Shown here: positions 35,820 to 46,508 of the stretch, in pieces
Numbering within the stretch: the stretch's first letter is position 1
How the letters are laid out: every line of letters starts with the position of its first letter
From: Deltaproteobacteria bacterium
GTDB taxonomy: Bacteria; SAR324; NAC60-12
Assembly: GCA_038133845.1 (NCBI GenBank)
Contig: JAYPUA010000014.1
Location: 1,471-65,470, forward strand
DNA length: 64,000 bases
Direction of reading: 5' to 3'
Position numbers and translations under genes: made by a program
Notes under the pieces: model-generated
The model's input: only the letters and a program-made list of their open reading frames with translations
Databases searched by the model: none
What the model was told of the DNA's origin: nothing

Positions 35820-36686
35820 ATGACGATTGAAAAGCGAAAGTTTGGCCGAACCGGTCACATGAGTTCAGCCGTTCTCTTTGGAGGTGCGGCCTTGGGAGGA
35901 GTTGACCAGTCCACGGCCGACCAGGTGCTTGACCTGCTCTTTGAGCATGGCATCAACCACATCGACACAGCCGCAAGCTACGGAGATTCGGAGAAGCGGA
36001 TTGGCCCTTGGATGAAGCGCCACCGCAAGCAGTTCTTTCTGGCAACGAAGACGGGCATTCGCGATTACGCCGGCGCCAGGCAGCAGATCCACGAGTCGCT
36101 GGACAAGCTCTGTACCGACCACGTGGACCTGATTCAGTTGCACGCCCTCATTCATCCGGACGAGTGGGAACAGGCTCTCTCGGCAGGTGGAGCGCTGGAG
36201 GCGTGCATCGAAGCCCGAGAGGCCGGGCTGGTCAAGTACATCGGAGTGACGGGTCACGGCTGGAACGTGGCGACCATGCACAAGCGCAGCCTCGGACGGT
36301 TCAACTTCGACTCGGTGCTGATGCCCTGGAACTACTTCGCGGCACAGCATGAAACCTACGGTCCGGACTTTATGGAAACCTGGGAACTCTGCAAGGAGCG
36401 CAACTTGGCGGTGCAGACCATCAAGTCGATTGCCCGGGGGCCTTGGGCGGCAAATGCCGAGAAGAACCGGACCACCTGGTATCAGCCTCTGGAGCAGGAG
36501 AAGGATATCCAGCGTGCGGTCAACTGGCTGCTCTCTTACGACGGGTTGTTTCTCAACTCGGTTGGAGATGTGAACCTCCTGCCCTCCGTGCTCAAGGCGG
36601 CAGACAACCGGGGCAAGCGGCCGTCCAGGAAGCAGATGGAGGACCTGAGTGAGCGCATGGGCTTCTCCAGCATCTTCGGACTCTGA
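35820..36686 (+). CDS. Aldo/keto reductase family protein
   Basis: [33 protein letters not shown]; starts 12 bp after larE. Confidence 0.92.
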   Translation: MTIEKRKFGRTGHMSSAVLFGGAALGGVDQSTADQVLDLLFEHGINHIDTAASYGDSEKRIGPWMKRHRKQFFLATKTGIRDYAGARQQIHESLDKLCTDHVDLIQLHALIHPDEWEQALSAGGALEACIEAREAGLVKYIGVTGHGWNVATMHKRSLGRFNFDSVLMPWNYFAAQHETYGPDFMETWELCKERNLAVQTIKSIARGPWAANAEKNRTTWYQPLEQEKDIQRAVNWLLSYDGLFLNSVGDVNLLPSVLKAADNRGKRPSRKQMEDLSERMGFSSIFGL

Positions 36687-36695
36687 GGCGCGTCG

Positions 36696-37829
36696 ATGCT
36701 TTGGAACGACCCACACCTCCCGGCCACCAGCGACTCCGGGGTTCTGAGAGCCGGTTGGACGTCTCCGGAAGCGCAAGCCGAGCCCACCGGCGCCTCCGTC
36801 TGGAGTTCTGGCCTGTGCGATCTGCAGATCAATGGATTTGCTGGCGTGGACTACAACCAGCCCACGATGACTCCGGAGGCCTTCGAGCGGTCAATGGAAG
36901 CGATGTTGCGTTCCGGAGTGACGCGGTGCCTCCCCACTGTGATCACCGGCGATGAGGCTTGGCAGTCCGGATGCTTTCGGGCGTTGGAGGCCGGGAGACA
37001 GGCCTCTGCCCTGGGACGGGAGATGGCCGTGGGCTATCACCTGGAAGGGCCATTTCTCAACCCGGAAGAAGGGTTCCGGGGCTGTCATCCGCATCAGGAC
37101 ATGGCCCCCGCACGCTGGGACCACTTCCAGCGCCTGCAAGAGGCGGCTGGAGGAAACATCCGCCTGATTACCGTCGCGCCGGAGATGGAGGGCGTGATGG
37201 AGTTGATCCCGCGTTGGGTCGAGCAGGGAGTCGTTGTGGCGCTCGGACACTGCAACCCGAGCCGAGACCAGGTTCGCCAAGCCGTGGAGGCTGGAGCGAC
37301 ACTTTCCACCCACCTGGGAAATGGAACGGCCTCGCCCCTGCCCAAGTCGGACAATGTCATCCTGCGGCAGCTCGCCGAAGACGGCCTGAGCGCGAGCTTC
37401 ATTGCGGATGGCATTCATGTGCAGCCTCACGTACTGGGCGTCTACTTGCGCGCCAAGCAGTCTCCCCGGACCATTCTGGTCACCGATGGCACTGCCGGTG
37501 CGGCCACGCTCCCCGGACGGTACACACTCGGGCCGGTACCGCTGGAGCGCCAGGAGCAGGACATCGTCTACATCCCGGGGACACAGAGCCTTGCAGGTTC
37601 GGCAGCGACGCTCTCCAGCTGCGTGCGCAACGTGACCCGTTGGTTCAAAACACCTCTTTCCGAAGCCGTTCAGTGGGCCTCGGAGCATCCTCGCCAGCTG
37701 CTGGGGATGAGCGCGACTCCGGAGGTTGGAGCATTGGCTGAAGGGGTGCGGTGGGTGCGTGAAGACTCCGGATGGCAGGTGGCTGAAGTGTTGCTGGGCA
37801 ACCGCCGAGTCTCGGTGCTCGAGTCGTAA
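36696..37829 (+). CDS. NagA-like N-acetyl-aminosugar deacetylase (amidohydrolase)
   Basis: DLQINGF, GYHLEGPFL, TVAPE, ALGH, STHLGNG, IADGIH, LVTD, LAGS. Confidence 0.85.
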   Translation: MLWNDPHLPATSDSGVLRAGWTSPEAQAEPTGASVWSSGLCDLQINGFAGVDYNQPTMTPEAFERSMEAMLRSGVTRCLPTVITGDEAWQSGCFRALEAGRQASALGREMAVGYHLEGPFLNPEEGFRGCHPHQDMAPARWDHFQRLQEAAGGNIRLITVAPEMEGVMELIPRWVEQGVVVALGHCNPSRDQVRQAVEAGATLSTHLGNGTASPLPKSDNVILRQLAEDGLSASFIADGIHVQPHVLGVYLRAKQSPRTILVTDGTAGAATLPGRYTLGPVPLERQEQDIVYIPGTQSLAGSAATLSSCVRNVTRWFKTPLSEAVQWASEHPRQLLGMSATPEVGALAEGVRWVREDSGWQVAEVLLGNRRVSVLES

Positions 37830-37857
37830 TCCGCAGAAGGGTGTGCCTTCCGGGAGT

Positions 37858-39207
37858 TCACGGATGGACGGTTTGGGGCCGGCGTGAGAGCAGGTGGAAC
37901 CTGATGTTGTGCAGCACTGCGGCCACGGTGAGTCCTGCAATCAGTCCAGCCCAGATGCTCACCGGTCCGGTCTCCCAGACAAACCCCAGGAGATAGGCCA
38001 GTACCAGCCCGACGCCCCAGTAAGAGACCAGGTTGGCGATCAGTGGAATTCGGGTGTCCTTCAGCCCACGCAAGGCTCCCGTGGCGGAGACCTGAAGTCC
38101 ATCTGAAAGCTGAAAAAGTGCGGCCATTGCCAGAATCTGCACGGCCATGGCGGTGACCGCCTCGTCGCTGGTGTACAAGGAGACGATCGTCTCCGGAAGC
38201 AGCCAGAACGCGCTGGCAGTCCAGGTCATGCAGGCCACGCAGAGCAGCACACCGACCCTTCCTCGAAACCGGACGGCATCCCAGTCTTTCTTTCCCACCG
38301 CATGGCCTACACGCTGGGTGATGGCAACAGAGAGGCCCATCGGGATCATGAAGGTTAGCGCTGCGATGTTCATCGAGATCTGGTGTGCCGCCAGAGTGGC
38401 GACTCCGAACGTTCCCATCATCAGGGCCACCACGGCAAACATTCCCACCTCCGCAGCAAAGCTCAAGCCGCTGGGCAGACCGACTTGCAGAATTTCACGC
38501 CAATATCCCCAGCGAGGAGGGTCAAAGCGGGAGAGAAATTTGAGAGGTTGCAGCCTCCGAGAGCGCAGGAGGTAGAGCCACATTCCGAGGAGCATGATCC
38601 AGTGGGCGAGCGCGCTGGTCCAGCCTGCACCGATCGCACCCATCCGGGGAAAGCCGAAGTTGCCGAAGATCAGCGTGTAGTTGCCGAGGACGTTGACCCC
38701 CAGTCCAAGGAGGCTCAAGAGCATGTTGGGACGCGTGACCCCCAGCCCCTCCAGTCCGTGCTTCAGCGCCAGGTAGGCATAGGCAGCCGGGAGTCCCCAG
38801 CAGAGCGCCTCGAGGTAGCCATCGGTGATGCGGATCACCTCCGGGTCGTACTCCATGGCCTCCAGCAGCGGCTCGAGGTTGGGAAGCAGGAGGAGGCTGA
38901 GCAAGGCCAGGAGCTGGCTGACCCACAGACCCTGGCGCACGCTCGGGGCAATGCGCCGGTGACGCCCGGAGCCTTGGAGTTGTGCGACAATCGGCGTCAT
39001 GGCGACCAGGACTCCGATCACGAAGCAGACCAGCGGGTGAAAGAGAGCGCTGGCCGTGGCGATTGCGGCCAGCTCGTTGGGGCCGGCATGTCCGGACATG
39101 ACGGTGTCGACAAACTGCATCGAGAGGCTCAGCACCTGAGAGATCACCACCGGGAGACCGATGTGGATCAGAGCGCGCAGCTCCTGCAGGACGGGTGCAG
39201 GCTTCAC
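37858..39207 (-). CDS. MATE family efflux transporter (NorM-like)
   Basis: About 12 hydrophobic helices; FVDTVMSGH, LAAHQI, FQLSDGLQ, GALRGLKDT. Start uncertain (GTG 39207 or further upstream). Confidence 0.9.
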   Translation of the reverse strand: MKPAPVLQELRALIHIGLPVVISQVLSLSMQFVDTVMSGHAGPNELAAIATASALFHPLVCFVIGVLVAMTPIVAQLQGSGRHRRIAPSVRQGLWVSQLLALLSLLLLPNLEPLLEAMEYDPEVIRITDGYLEALCWGLPAAYAYLALKHGLEGLGVTRPNMLLSLLGLGVNVLGNYTLIFGNFGFPRMGAIGAGWTSALAHWIMLLGMWLYLLRSRRLQPLKFLSRFDPPRWGYWREILQVGLPSGLSFAAEVGMFAVVALMMGTFGVATLAAHQISMNIAALTFMIPMGLSVAITQRVGHAVGKKDWDAVRFRGRVGVLLCVACMTWTASAFWLLPETIVSLYTSDEAVTAMAVQILAMAALFQLSDGLQVSATGALRGLKDTRIPLIANLVSYWGVGLVLAYLLGFVWETGPVSIWAGLIAGLTVAAVLHNIRFHLLSRRPQTVHP

Positions 39208-39584
39208 GAAGGACGTCGAGGCTCCGCCTGGAGGCGGTCCATGATCTGCTCGCGTTCCTTTGCCGACATTGCGGTCCAGCGAGCGATCTCCTCCAGCGTC
39301 CGGCCACACCCCAGGCACTGGCCGTTGCGGTCCAATTCACACCTTTTGATGCAAGGAGAGGGGATGAGTGTGGGAATGGACATTCCGGAAGCGCAGAAGG
39401 TTGCGGAGTCGGTTCAGGAAGAAAATTCAAATATCCTGAAAGCCGACCCCGGAAAGACCAAGTCAAATCAGGGAACCCGGGCAATGCGTAACATTTCGTT
39501 TTTTCGTTTATCCCGTCAATCGAGGTATGATAGACTTTCAAAAAGCAAAACCATTCTGAATGGTGAAACTCATCGAGAGTACTT

Positions 39585-41420
39585 ATGAAAGGAATGAAGA
39601 GCGAAAATCTGTTGATCATCCTCAGCATCTTGGTCCTGTCCTTGTTCCTGGTGAACATGTTCAACGGATCTTCGATGGGCCCGCGGGTCAATGAGATCAT
39701 CTACAGCGACTTCCGGAGCCAGGTGCTGAGCGGGGAAGTCATCAGCGCTCAAATGATCGGAGACTCGCGTGTCGAAGGGTTCCTCGCGGATGGCAACCCC
39801 TACCGGACCTATGTCCCCCCAGAGCATCCGGGGGTGGTCGAGATGCTTCGAGTGAACGGGGTGCAGTTCAGCTTCATGCCGGAACCTGGACTGCCCTGGT
39901 ATCTGAGCCTGTTCATCCACTGGGGGCCGTTCCTGCTGATCTTTGGTATCTGGATCTTCCTGATGCGCCGTATGCAGGGCGGAGGAGCCGGGAAGATGTT
40001 CTCTCTGGGAAGGAGTCGGGCCAACAAGATTGAGCCGGATCAACTGCAGATCACCTTCGAGAACGTGGCCGGAGTCCAGGAGGCCAAAGAGGAGTTGCAC
40101 GAGACCATCGAGTTTTTGAGAGACCCCGCCAAGTTCCGCAAGCTGGGAGGGCGCATTCCGAAGGGGATGCTGATGTCCGGACCTCCCGGGACCGGAAAGA
40201 CCTTGCTGGCCAAGGCCGTTGCCGGAGAAGCTGGAGTCCCGTTTTTTAGCATGAGCGGCTCCGATTTTGTGGAAATGTTTGTGGGCGTTGGTGCGAGCCG
40301 GGTCCGGGATCTGTTCGAGGAGGCCCGCCGCAACGCACCGTGCATCGTGTTCATTGATGAGATTGACGCCGTGGGCCGGAGCCGGGGGGCTGGGCTGGGG
40401 AGCGGAAACGACGAGCGCGAGCAGACGCTCAACCAACTGCTTGTTGAGATGGACGGGTTCGACGCCACCGAAGGCATCATCGTGATCGCGGCGACGAACC
40501 GCCCAGACGTACTGGACCCCGCCCTGATGCGTCCGGGACGTTTCGACCGGCAGGTGCATGTCCCTCTTCCGGATGTGCGCGGACGTGAGGAAATCCTGAA
40601 GATCCATGCCGCCAAGGTGCAGATGTCTGAAGGGGTGGACCTCTCGGTTGTGGCCAAGGGAACCCCCGGGTTCTCCGGTGCTGACCTGAAGAACCTGGTC
40701 AACGAAGCGGCTCTGGGAGCAGCACGTCACAACAAGACGGCACTGACTCTGGCGGACTTCGAGTGGGCGCGGGACAAGGTCCTGATGGGTCCGGAGCGTC
40801 GGTCGATGGTGATGAGCGACAAGGAGAAACGCACCACGGCCTACCATGAGGCCGGACACGCGCTGGTGTCGTCGCTGTTGCCGAAATCGGACCCGGTGCA
40901 CAAGGTCACCATCGTGCCGCGCGGACGGGCGATGGGCGTGACCTCGTACCTCCCGGAGAACGACAACCGAAGCTATGACCGCGAGTACCTGAGTCACCGC
41001 ATCGCCACGGCGATGGGAGGCCGTGCGGCGGAGGAGGTCATCTTCAACGAGATCACCACCGGCGCGAGCAACGACATCCAGCAGGCGACCGACATGGCCC
41101 GGAACATGGTCATGCGCTGGGGGATGAGCGACTCCCTGGGGCCGATCGTTCTGGGAAGCGATGAAACCCACGACATCTTTGGGCGCGACATGCGGATGGA
41201 TCGCGAGTACAGCGAAGAGACGGCGGTGGAGATCGACGAGGAGGTCCGGCGCCTGGTTCAAGGGCACCACGATCTGGCAGTCAAGCTCCTGAAGGAGAAC
41301 CTGGACGTGCTGCACCGCATCGCAGAAACCCTGCTCGAAGAGGAGATCATCGACGGCTCGCGCATTCTGGCATTTCTGGGAGAACCTTCGGGTTCTCCCG
41401 CCCTGCAACCTGAAAGGTGA
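39585..41420 (+). CDS. ftsH: ATP-dependent zinc metalloprotease FtsH
   Basis: Two TM helices, [26 protein letters not shown]. Confidence 0.98.
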   Translation: MKGMKSENLLIILSILVLSLFLVNMFNGSSMGPRVNEIIYSDFRSQVLSGEVISAQMIGDSRVEGFLADGNPYRTYVPPEHPGVVEMLRVNGVQFSFMPEPGLPWYLSLFIHWGPFLLIFGIWIFLMRRMQGGGAGKMFSLGRSRANKIEPDQLQITFENVAGVQEAKEELHETIEFLRDPAKFRKLGGRIPKGMLMSGPPGTGKTLLAKAVAGEAGVPFFSMSGSDFVEMFVGVGASRVRDLFEEARRNAPCIVFIDEIDAVGRSRGAGLGSGNDEREQTLNQLLVEMDGFDATEGIIVIAATNRPDVLDPALMRPGRFDRQVHVPLPDVRGREEILKIHAAKVQMSEGVDLSVVAKGTPGFSGADLKNLVNEAALGAARHNKTALTLADFEWARDKVLMGPERRSMVMSDKEKRTTAYHEAGHALVSSLLPKSDPVHKVTIVPRGRAMGVTSYLPENDNRSYDREYLSHRIATAMGGRAAEEVIFNEITTGASNDIQQATDMARNMVMRWGMSDSLGPIVLGSDETHDIFGRDMRMDREYSEETAVEIDEEVRRLVQGHHDLAVKLLKENLDVLHRIAETLLEEEIIDGSRILAFLGEPSGSPALQPER

Positions 41421-42289
41421 TGGGTCCCAAGCCGCTAGCCTTTCACCTCCTCCAGTACCTGCCCCGCAAGCACTTCAGCCGCCTGTGTGGGCAGGTTGCG
41501 GACCTTCCCCTCCCCGGAATCCTGCTCCAGCCCCTGATTCGCACCTTTGCCTGGGCGTTTGGGGTCGACTGGTCGGAAGCCGCTCTTCCTCCGGGAGCCT
41601 ACCGCAATTTCACCGAATTCTTCACCCGGGAACTCAAGCCGGGAATGCGGCCGATTGCTTCGGGCGAGACCACTCTGATCAGTCCGGTGGATGGTACGAT
41701 TGGGCAGTACGGGACCATCCGAGACGGGCGCTTGATTCAGGCCAAGGGGATCGACTATTCGGTGGAGGCGCTCCTGGGTGATCCGGAGCGGGCCCGGCGT
41801 TACGAGGGGGGAGAGTTCTTGACCATCTACCTCGCTCCCCACAACTATCACCGGATTCACAGCATGGTGGATGGCGAGGTGCAGGCGTTCTCCTACATCC
41901 CCGGAGACCTCTGGACGGTCAGCCCCTTGGGGGTAGAGCATGTGGAGGGACTGTTTGCGGTCAACGAGCGGTTGACGTCTTTCATCACGACCTCTGCAGG
42001 AGAATGCGCCCTGGTGAAAGTGGGGGCAACGGTTGTCGGACGTATCAGAGTGCGATATGATGGCCAGATTTCAAATCGCCCTGACGCGACCACGCGTCAT
42101 GCGATTCTGAACCCTGCCTTTCCCATTCGCCGAGGCGAGGAGCTCGGTCAGTTCGAGTTGGGCTCCACCGTGGTGCTGCTGTTTCAGCCTGGTCAGGTGG
42201 AGTGGGGAAATATTCGTGTCGGACAACCGATCCGGTTGGGAGAGGCGCTGGGGAGATTTCACTATCACCGCACGGAAGACAAGCAATGA
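41417..42289 (+). CDS. psd: Phosphatidylserine decarboxylase proenzyme
   Basis: FFTRELK, SPVDG, YLAPHNYHRIH, NER, FELGST cleavage motif. Confidence 0.95.
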   Translation: MMGPKPLAFHLLQYLPRKHFSRLCGQVADLPLPGILLQPLIRTFAWAFGVDWSEAALPPGAYRNFTEFFTRELKPGMRPIASGETTLISPVDGTIGQYGTIRDGRLIQAKGIDYSVEALLGDPERARRYEGGEFLTIYLAPHNYHRIHSMVDGEVQAFSYIPGDLWTVSPLGVEHVEGLFAVNERLTSFITTSAGECALVKVGATVVGRIRVRYDGQISNRPDATTRHAILNPAFPIRRGEELGQFELGSTVVLLFQPGQVEWGNIRVGQPIRLGEALGRFHYHRTEDKQ

Positions 42290-43068
42290 TCGATTTTTCT
42301 GGAAAACGCGGGCTGGTGCTGGGAGTGGGAAACCAACGCAGCATCGCCTGGGCGATTGTGGAGCAACTTCATGCACTCGGCGCCGAGTTGGGCCTGACGT
42401 ACCTGACAGACCCCAAGGGACGCTTTGAGGCAAACGTCCGAAAGCTCGGAGAACAGGTTGGCGCGACCTTCATCCACGAGTGTGATGTCGGAGAGGATGA
42501 CTCGATTGAGAAGATGATGGCCGCGTTGCGCGACCACTGGGATGAGATGGACTTTCTGGTCCACAGCGTCGCATACGCAGACCATCAGGACCTGAGCAAC
42601 CCCTTCTCGGAAACCTCCCGAGAAGGCTTCCGGAAGGCCCAGGAGATCAGCGCCTATTCGATCCTGCCCCTGACCAACGGGGTTCTGCCGATGATGCGCA
42701 AGCGAGGAGCGGGGAGCATCATCAGCGTCAGCTTTATCGGTTCGACGCTCGCGGTACCGAACTACAACGTGATGGGGACAGCCAAGGCCTCTCTGGAGGC
42801 CTCAACGCGCTACCTGGCACGTCAGCTTGGCCCGGAGAACATCCGGGTGAACACCCTCTCTCCAGGAGCCGTCCGAACTCTGGCGGCTTCGGGGATCAAG
42901 AACTTCTCCGAAATGCTCCGGGTTGCCGGAGAGCACTCGGCGATGGAGCGCACCGTGTCCCAGCAGGAGGTCGCCAAGGCCGCAGCCTTCCTGCTCAGCG
43001 ATGCCGCCTCCGCGATCACCGGGCAGCTGCTGTTTGTGGACTGCGGTTACTCGATCATGGCGAACTGA
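42286..43068 (+). CDS. fabI: Enoyl-ACP reductase
   Basis: GVGNQRSIAW, VHSVAYA, PNYNVMGTAKASLE, RTLAASGI; ATG overlaps the psd stop. Confidence 0.95.
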   Translation: MIDFSGKRGLVLGVGNQRSIAWAIVEQLHALGAELGLTYLTDPKGRFEANVRKLGEQVGATFIHECDVGEDDSIEKMMAALRDHWDEMDFLVHSVAYADHQDLSNPFSETSREGFRKAQEISAYSILPLTNGVLPMMRKRGAGSIISVSFIGSTLAVPNYNVMGTAKASLEASTRYLARQLGPENIRVNTLSPGAVRTLAASGIKNFSEMLRVAGEHSAMERTVSQQEVAKAAAFLLSDAASAITGQLLFVDCGYSIMAN

Positions 43069-43780
43069 GCTGCGGTGGCCGTCGCAGGTTCCTGACCAGC
43101 CGAGGCTCCCCCTCCCCCCAAGCCATTTCCAGCAAAAAGGCTTTACGTTCTTCCGCAGGCAGGCTGGAGTCTGCTTCGGTCAACTCCTCTGCTCGCCGGA
43201 GGAGTCGATCCCAGTCCTTTTGCAACACGGCCTCCGATTCTCTTGAAAGCACCAGAGGACGTCGCTCCAGACGCGCCGGCATTTCCGGAAAAGCGGGAAG
43301 CTCCTTCCAGAGAGGGCTGTCCGGATTCACCAGCGCCTGCCGGGAGATCCGGAGCTTGATGCGATTGTTGGGATAAAGCTCCAAAGCCCTCAACTGATCC
43401 AGCTCCAACAGGAGACCGTTCAACTCCGGGGGCGTGAACTCAAAGTTCTGGCAGATCTCCTCCGGGCTGTAGCCGTAGGTCAACAGGTAGAGAAAGACCA
43501 GCATCCGCGGTTTGCTCTCCAGAACCTCGCGCAACTCCGGGTCCAGTACCGACTGGACCTCGGAGGCGTTGCGCTGGGTCATCTTGGCCAGCTCGTAAAA
43601 GTCGAGGTCCAGTACCTTGAGGATCCGCTCCAGACGCTTGAGAGAGAGGCTTTCTTCGGAGAACAGGCGTTTGATGCTCGACTCGCTCAGCTTCAGGCGC
43701 TGTGCCAGGTTGCGGTAGGTGATGCCCTGAACCTTGAGGTAGAACTTGAGAGCATCCAGCAGTCTTGCGGTCTGAGTCAT
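43055..43780 (-). CDS. XRE-family HTH transcriptional regulator
   Basis: LKFYLKVQGITYRNLAQRLKLSESSIKRLFS N-terminal HTH. Confidence 0.82.
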   Translation of the reverse strand: MTQTARLLDALKFYLKVQGITYRNLAQRLKLSESSIKRLFSEESLSLKRLERILKVLDLDFYELAKMTQRNASEVQSVLDPELREVLESKPRMLVFLYLLTYGYSPEEICQNFEFTPPELNGLLLELDQLRALELYPNNRIKLRISRQALVNPDSPLWKELPAFPEMPARLERRPLVLSRESEAVLQKDWDRLLRRAEELTEADSSLPAEERKAFLLEMAWGEGEPRLVRNLRRPPQLSSP

Positions 43781-43950
43781 GATACTGAAAGGAGCGGATA
43801 ACAGTACTCTGGGAATTTGGCTTCAGTTGAAGTTACCAACCGTTACAATGTAGTGTTCAGCATAATTCTGGGAAGCGACATTGCAATGCTTTTCAGACAA
43901 GTGGCTGAGAACAGACACCCTTGGGAGGCATCTAAAGAGGAAAGAAACGC

Positions 43951-45231
43951 ATGACAAAGAAAGTTGACGATTTTCGCCTGCAGCTCAGAGGAAAAGAGTA
44001 TGTTCCGATCATGGTCGGCGGAATGGGAGTGGACATCTCCACTTCGGCTCTGGCCCTGGAGGCCGCACGCCTGGGAGGAATCGGGCACATTTCCGACGCG
44101 ATGGTCCCGACCGTCTCCGATCGGCGCTACAACACCAACTTCGTGCAGCAGAAGTACCAGGCCCACAAGGCAAATGCGTCCTTGACCGACAAGACCGCAG
44201 TGCATTTCGACTTGGAACAGCTGGCTGCCGCACAGCGCCTGCATGTCGAGAACGCCATGAACGCCAAGAAGGGCAGCGGAGCGATCTTTGTCAACTGCAT
44301 GGAGAAGCTGACGATGAACAACTCCCGGGACACCCTGCAAGCCCGCCTGAAGGCAGCGATGGATGCTGGCATCGACGGCATCACCATGAGTGCCGGGTTG
44401 CACCTGAGTTCCTTCGAGTTGATCTCCGATCATCCACGCTTCCGGGACACCCTCTTGGGGATCATCGTCTCTTCGGTCCGTGCGCTCAAGCCCTTCCTCA
44501 AGCGAGCCGCGCGTGTCGAGCGCCTTCCGGACTATATTGTCGTTGAAGGTCCTCTCGCCGGTGGACACTTGGGGTTTGGCATGGACTGGGCCGATTACGA
44601 CCTGAAGACGATCACCCAGGAGGTCATCGCTTTTCTCAAGGAGAATGACCTGCAGATTCCGGTGATCCCGGCAGGAGGGATCTTCACCGGGACGGATGCG
44701 GTAGAGTTTCTGGAGTCCGGGTCAGATGCCGTTCAGGTCGCCACACGCTTCACGGTCACCCGAGAGTGCGGACTTCCGGACAGTGCGAAGCAAGAGTATC
44801 TCAAGGCCAAGGAAGAGGACGTGATTGTCAACACCGTCTCTCCCACAGGCTACCCGATGCGCATGCTCCGGCACTCTCCGGGAATTGGCTCCGGGATCAA
44901 ACCGAACTGCGAAGCCTTTGGCTACATCCTGGACAAGGGCGGCAAGTGCGCCTATGTGGAGGCCTACAACCGGGAGTTGGCAAACAGCAACGGCGGAAAA
45001 ATCGAGATCCAAGACAAGACCTGCCTGTGCACGCACATGCGCAAGTTCAAGATCTGGACATGTGGGCACTACACCTACCGTCTCAAGGACACGACCTTGG
45101 CCTTGTCGGATGGCACCTATCAGCTATTGGGTGCGGCACACGTCTTTGAGGACTACCAGTTCAGCACGGATCACGAGGTCCGGCTCCCGGAGCCTGAAAA
45201 CAACGCCGAGTCTCTGCTGGAAGTGGCTTGA
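43951..45231 (+). CDS. Nitronate monooxygenase / FabK-FabX family flavoprotein
   Basis: PIMVGGMGV, EGPLAGGHLG, IPAGGI, VQVATRF, SPTGYP; Cys-rich C-terminus. Confidence 0.88.
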   Translation: MTKKVDDFRLQLRGKEYVPIMVGGMGVDISTSALALEAARLGGIGHISDAMVPTVSDRRYNTNFVQQKYQAHKANASLTDKTAVHFDLEQLAAAQRLHVENAMNAKKGSGAIFVNCMEKLTMNNSRDTLQARLKAAMDAGIDGITMSAGLHLSSFELISDHPRFRDTLLGIIVSSVRALKPFLKRAARVERLPDYIVVEGPLAGGHLGFGMDWADYDLKTITQEVIAFLKENDLQIPVIPAGGIFTGTDAVEFLESGSDAVQVATRFTVTRECGLPDSAKQEYLKAKEEDVIVNTVSPTGYPMRMLRHSPGIGSGIKPNCEAFGYILDKGGKCAYVEAYNRELANSNGGKIEIQDKTCLCTHMRKFKIWTCGHYTYRLKDTTLALSDGTYQLLGAAHVFEDYQFSTDHEVRLPEPENNAESLLEVA

Positions 45232-45237
45232 GCGGCT

Positions 45238-45882
45238 TCAGTCGTTTCGCACGAACGAGACGTTCCGGCGGGTCAGTAGGTAGACCGGGTACTTGAGGCC
45301 TTCTGTGAGATAGTGCTGAAGTCCGACGTCGGAGGTCCACCAGTTTTCCTCTGTATAGACCTCATTCGGTGCGGCTGACATCTGCAACTGCACCGGACTC
45401 CCCTCAAAGATCTTCTCGAACGCATACAGCGCCCGGCGCGTGTGAAAGGCATCTGTGACCAGGATCACCCGATTCCAGCCTCGAGCCTCTGCCCAGACAC
45501 GCGTATCGTAGGCCTCGTCAAAGGTCGAGGTCGCTCCTCCCTTGAGCGAAGGGATGACCTCCACAGGGGCTTGGACCCCGGCCTCTGCAAGCACTGCCTG
45601 AGCAAACTCAAGATTGCTGGGATAGAGGTGGGCAAAGCGTGAATTCCCCTCTCTTTCATCAGTGACCCACAAGGTCGGAGCAAACTCCTTTTGGACCAGC
45701 TCGACTCCGTGAGGAGAGCGGGTAAGCCTGTTCCCGGAGAGGATCACAACCGCGTCCGCCCCCGGAGTAGCCGTATGGACGGTGAAGAAGCGGGCGTAGG
45801 CCGTGAGCAGCGTGGAGCGGAAGGCGTAGGCCAGACCCAACACCAGCAGCAGCGCGGCGATCGATCGGAGCAGCCCCTTCAT
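45238..45882 (-). CDS. YdcF/DUF218 (ElyC-like) protein
   Basis: N-terminal TM, ADAVVILSG, STFDEA, LVTDAFHTRRA. Confidence 0.88.
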   Translation of the reverse strand: MKGLLRSIAALLLVLGLAYAFRSTLLTAYARFFTVHTATPGADAVVILSGNRLTRSPHGVELVQKEFAPTLWVTDEREGNSRFAHLYPSNLEFAQAVLAEAGVQAPVEVIPSLKGGATSTFDEAYDTRVWAEARGWNRVILVTDAFHTRRALYAFEKIFEGSPVQLQMSAAPNEVYTEENWWTSDVGLQHYLTEGLKYPVYLLTRRNVSFVRND

Positions 45883-46508
45883 GAAGCCTCCCACCAGGTC
45901 AGCCCGGACTCGCTGAGCAGCCCGTGCATCGGGAGGTCGTGAGGCTCCGTGGGCACCTCGGCGACCTGCTGCAAGTCAAAGCCGACCCCCAGGCGCAACG
46001 CTCCGGATTGTGAGAGGAAGCGGTCGTAGTAGCCCTTGCCGTACCCCAAACGGTTGCCGCGTTGGTCAAAGGCAACTCCGGGGATGAGGATGAGGTCCAA
46101 CTGCTGGAGGACCTCCGGAGGTTCGGGGAGGCCTTCGGGCTCAAGAATTCCGAAAGCGCCCGGACGCAAGGAAGTCCCCGGACTGACGCGCAGGTGCTCC
46201 AGCAACGGCGTCCCGGGGAGCACCCGGGGAGCGAACAGAGTCTTCCCGTGACGTTGCAGCTCCGGAATCCAGGAGAGCGTGTCAGGCTCGTGCGGAGTTC
46301 CCAGGAAGAGGTGAAGGGTCCGGGCCTGCTGGAAACGGGGCTCCTCAAGCAGGTGCGCCCACATCTGTGCCGAGGCGAGGCGACGCTGCCCAGGAGGTAG
46401 GGCTTGACGGGCCTTGAGGAGGGTTGTGCGCAGAGCCTGCTTGGTGGCCGTAACGGGGTGCAGGGAGCTTCCGGGGGGCTCCTGAGCGGTCTGATCCGGA
46501 GGTGACAT
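45879..46508 (-). CDS. 5-formyltetrahydrofolate cyclo-ligase
   Basis: KQALR, GAFGILEP, IPGVAFD, RLGYGKGYYDRFL, EPHD. Confidence 0.95.
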   Translation of the reverse strand: MSPPDQTAQEPPGSSLHPVTATKQALRTTLLKARQALPPGQRRLASAQMWAHLLEEPRFQQARTLHLFLGTPHEPDTLSWIPELQRHGKTLFAPRVLPGTPLLEHLRVSPGTSLRPGAFGILEPEGLPEPPEVLQQLDLILIPGVAFDQRGNRLGYGKGYYDRFLSQSGALRLGVGFDLQQVAEVPTEPHDLPMHGLLSESGLTWWEAS

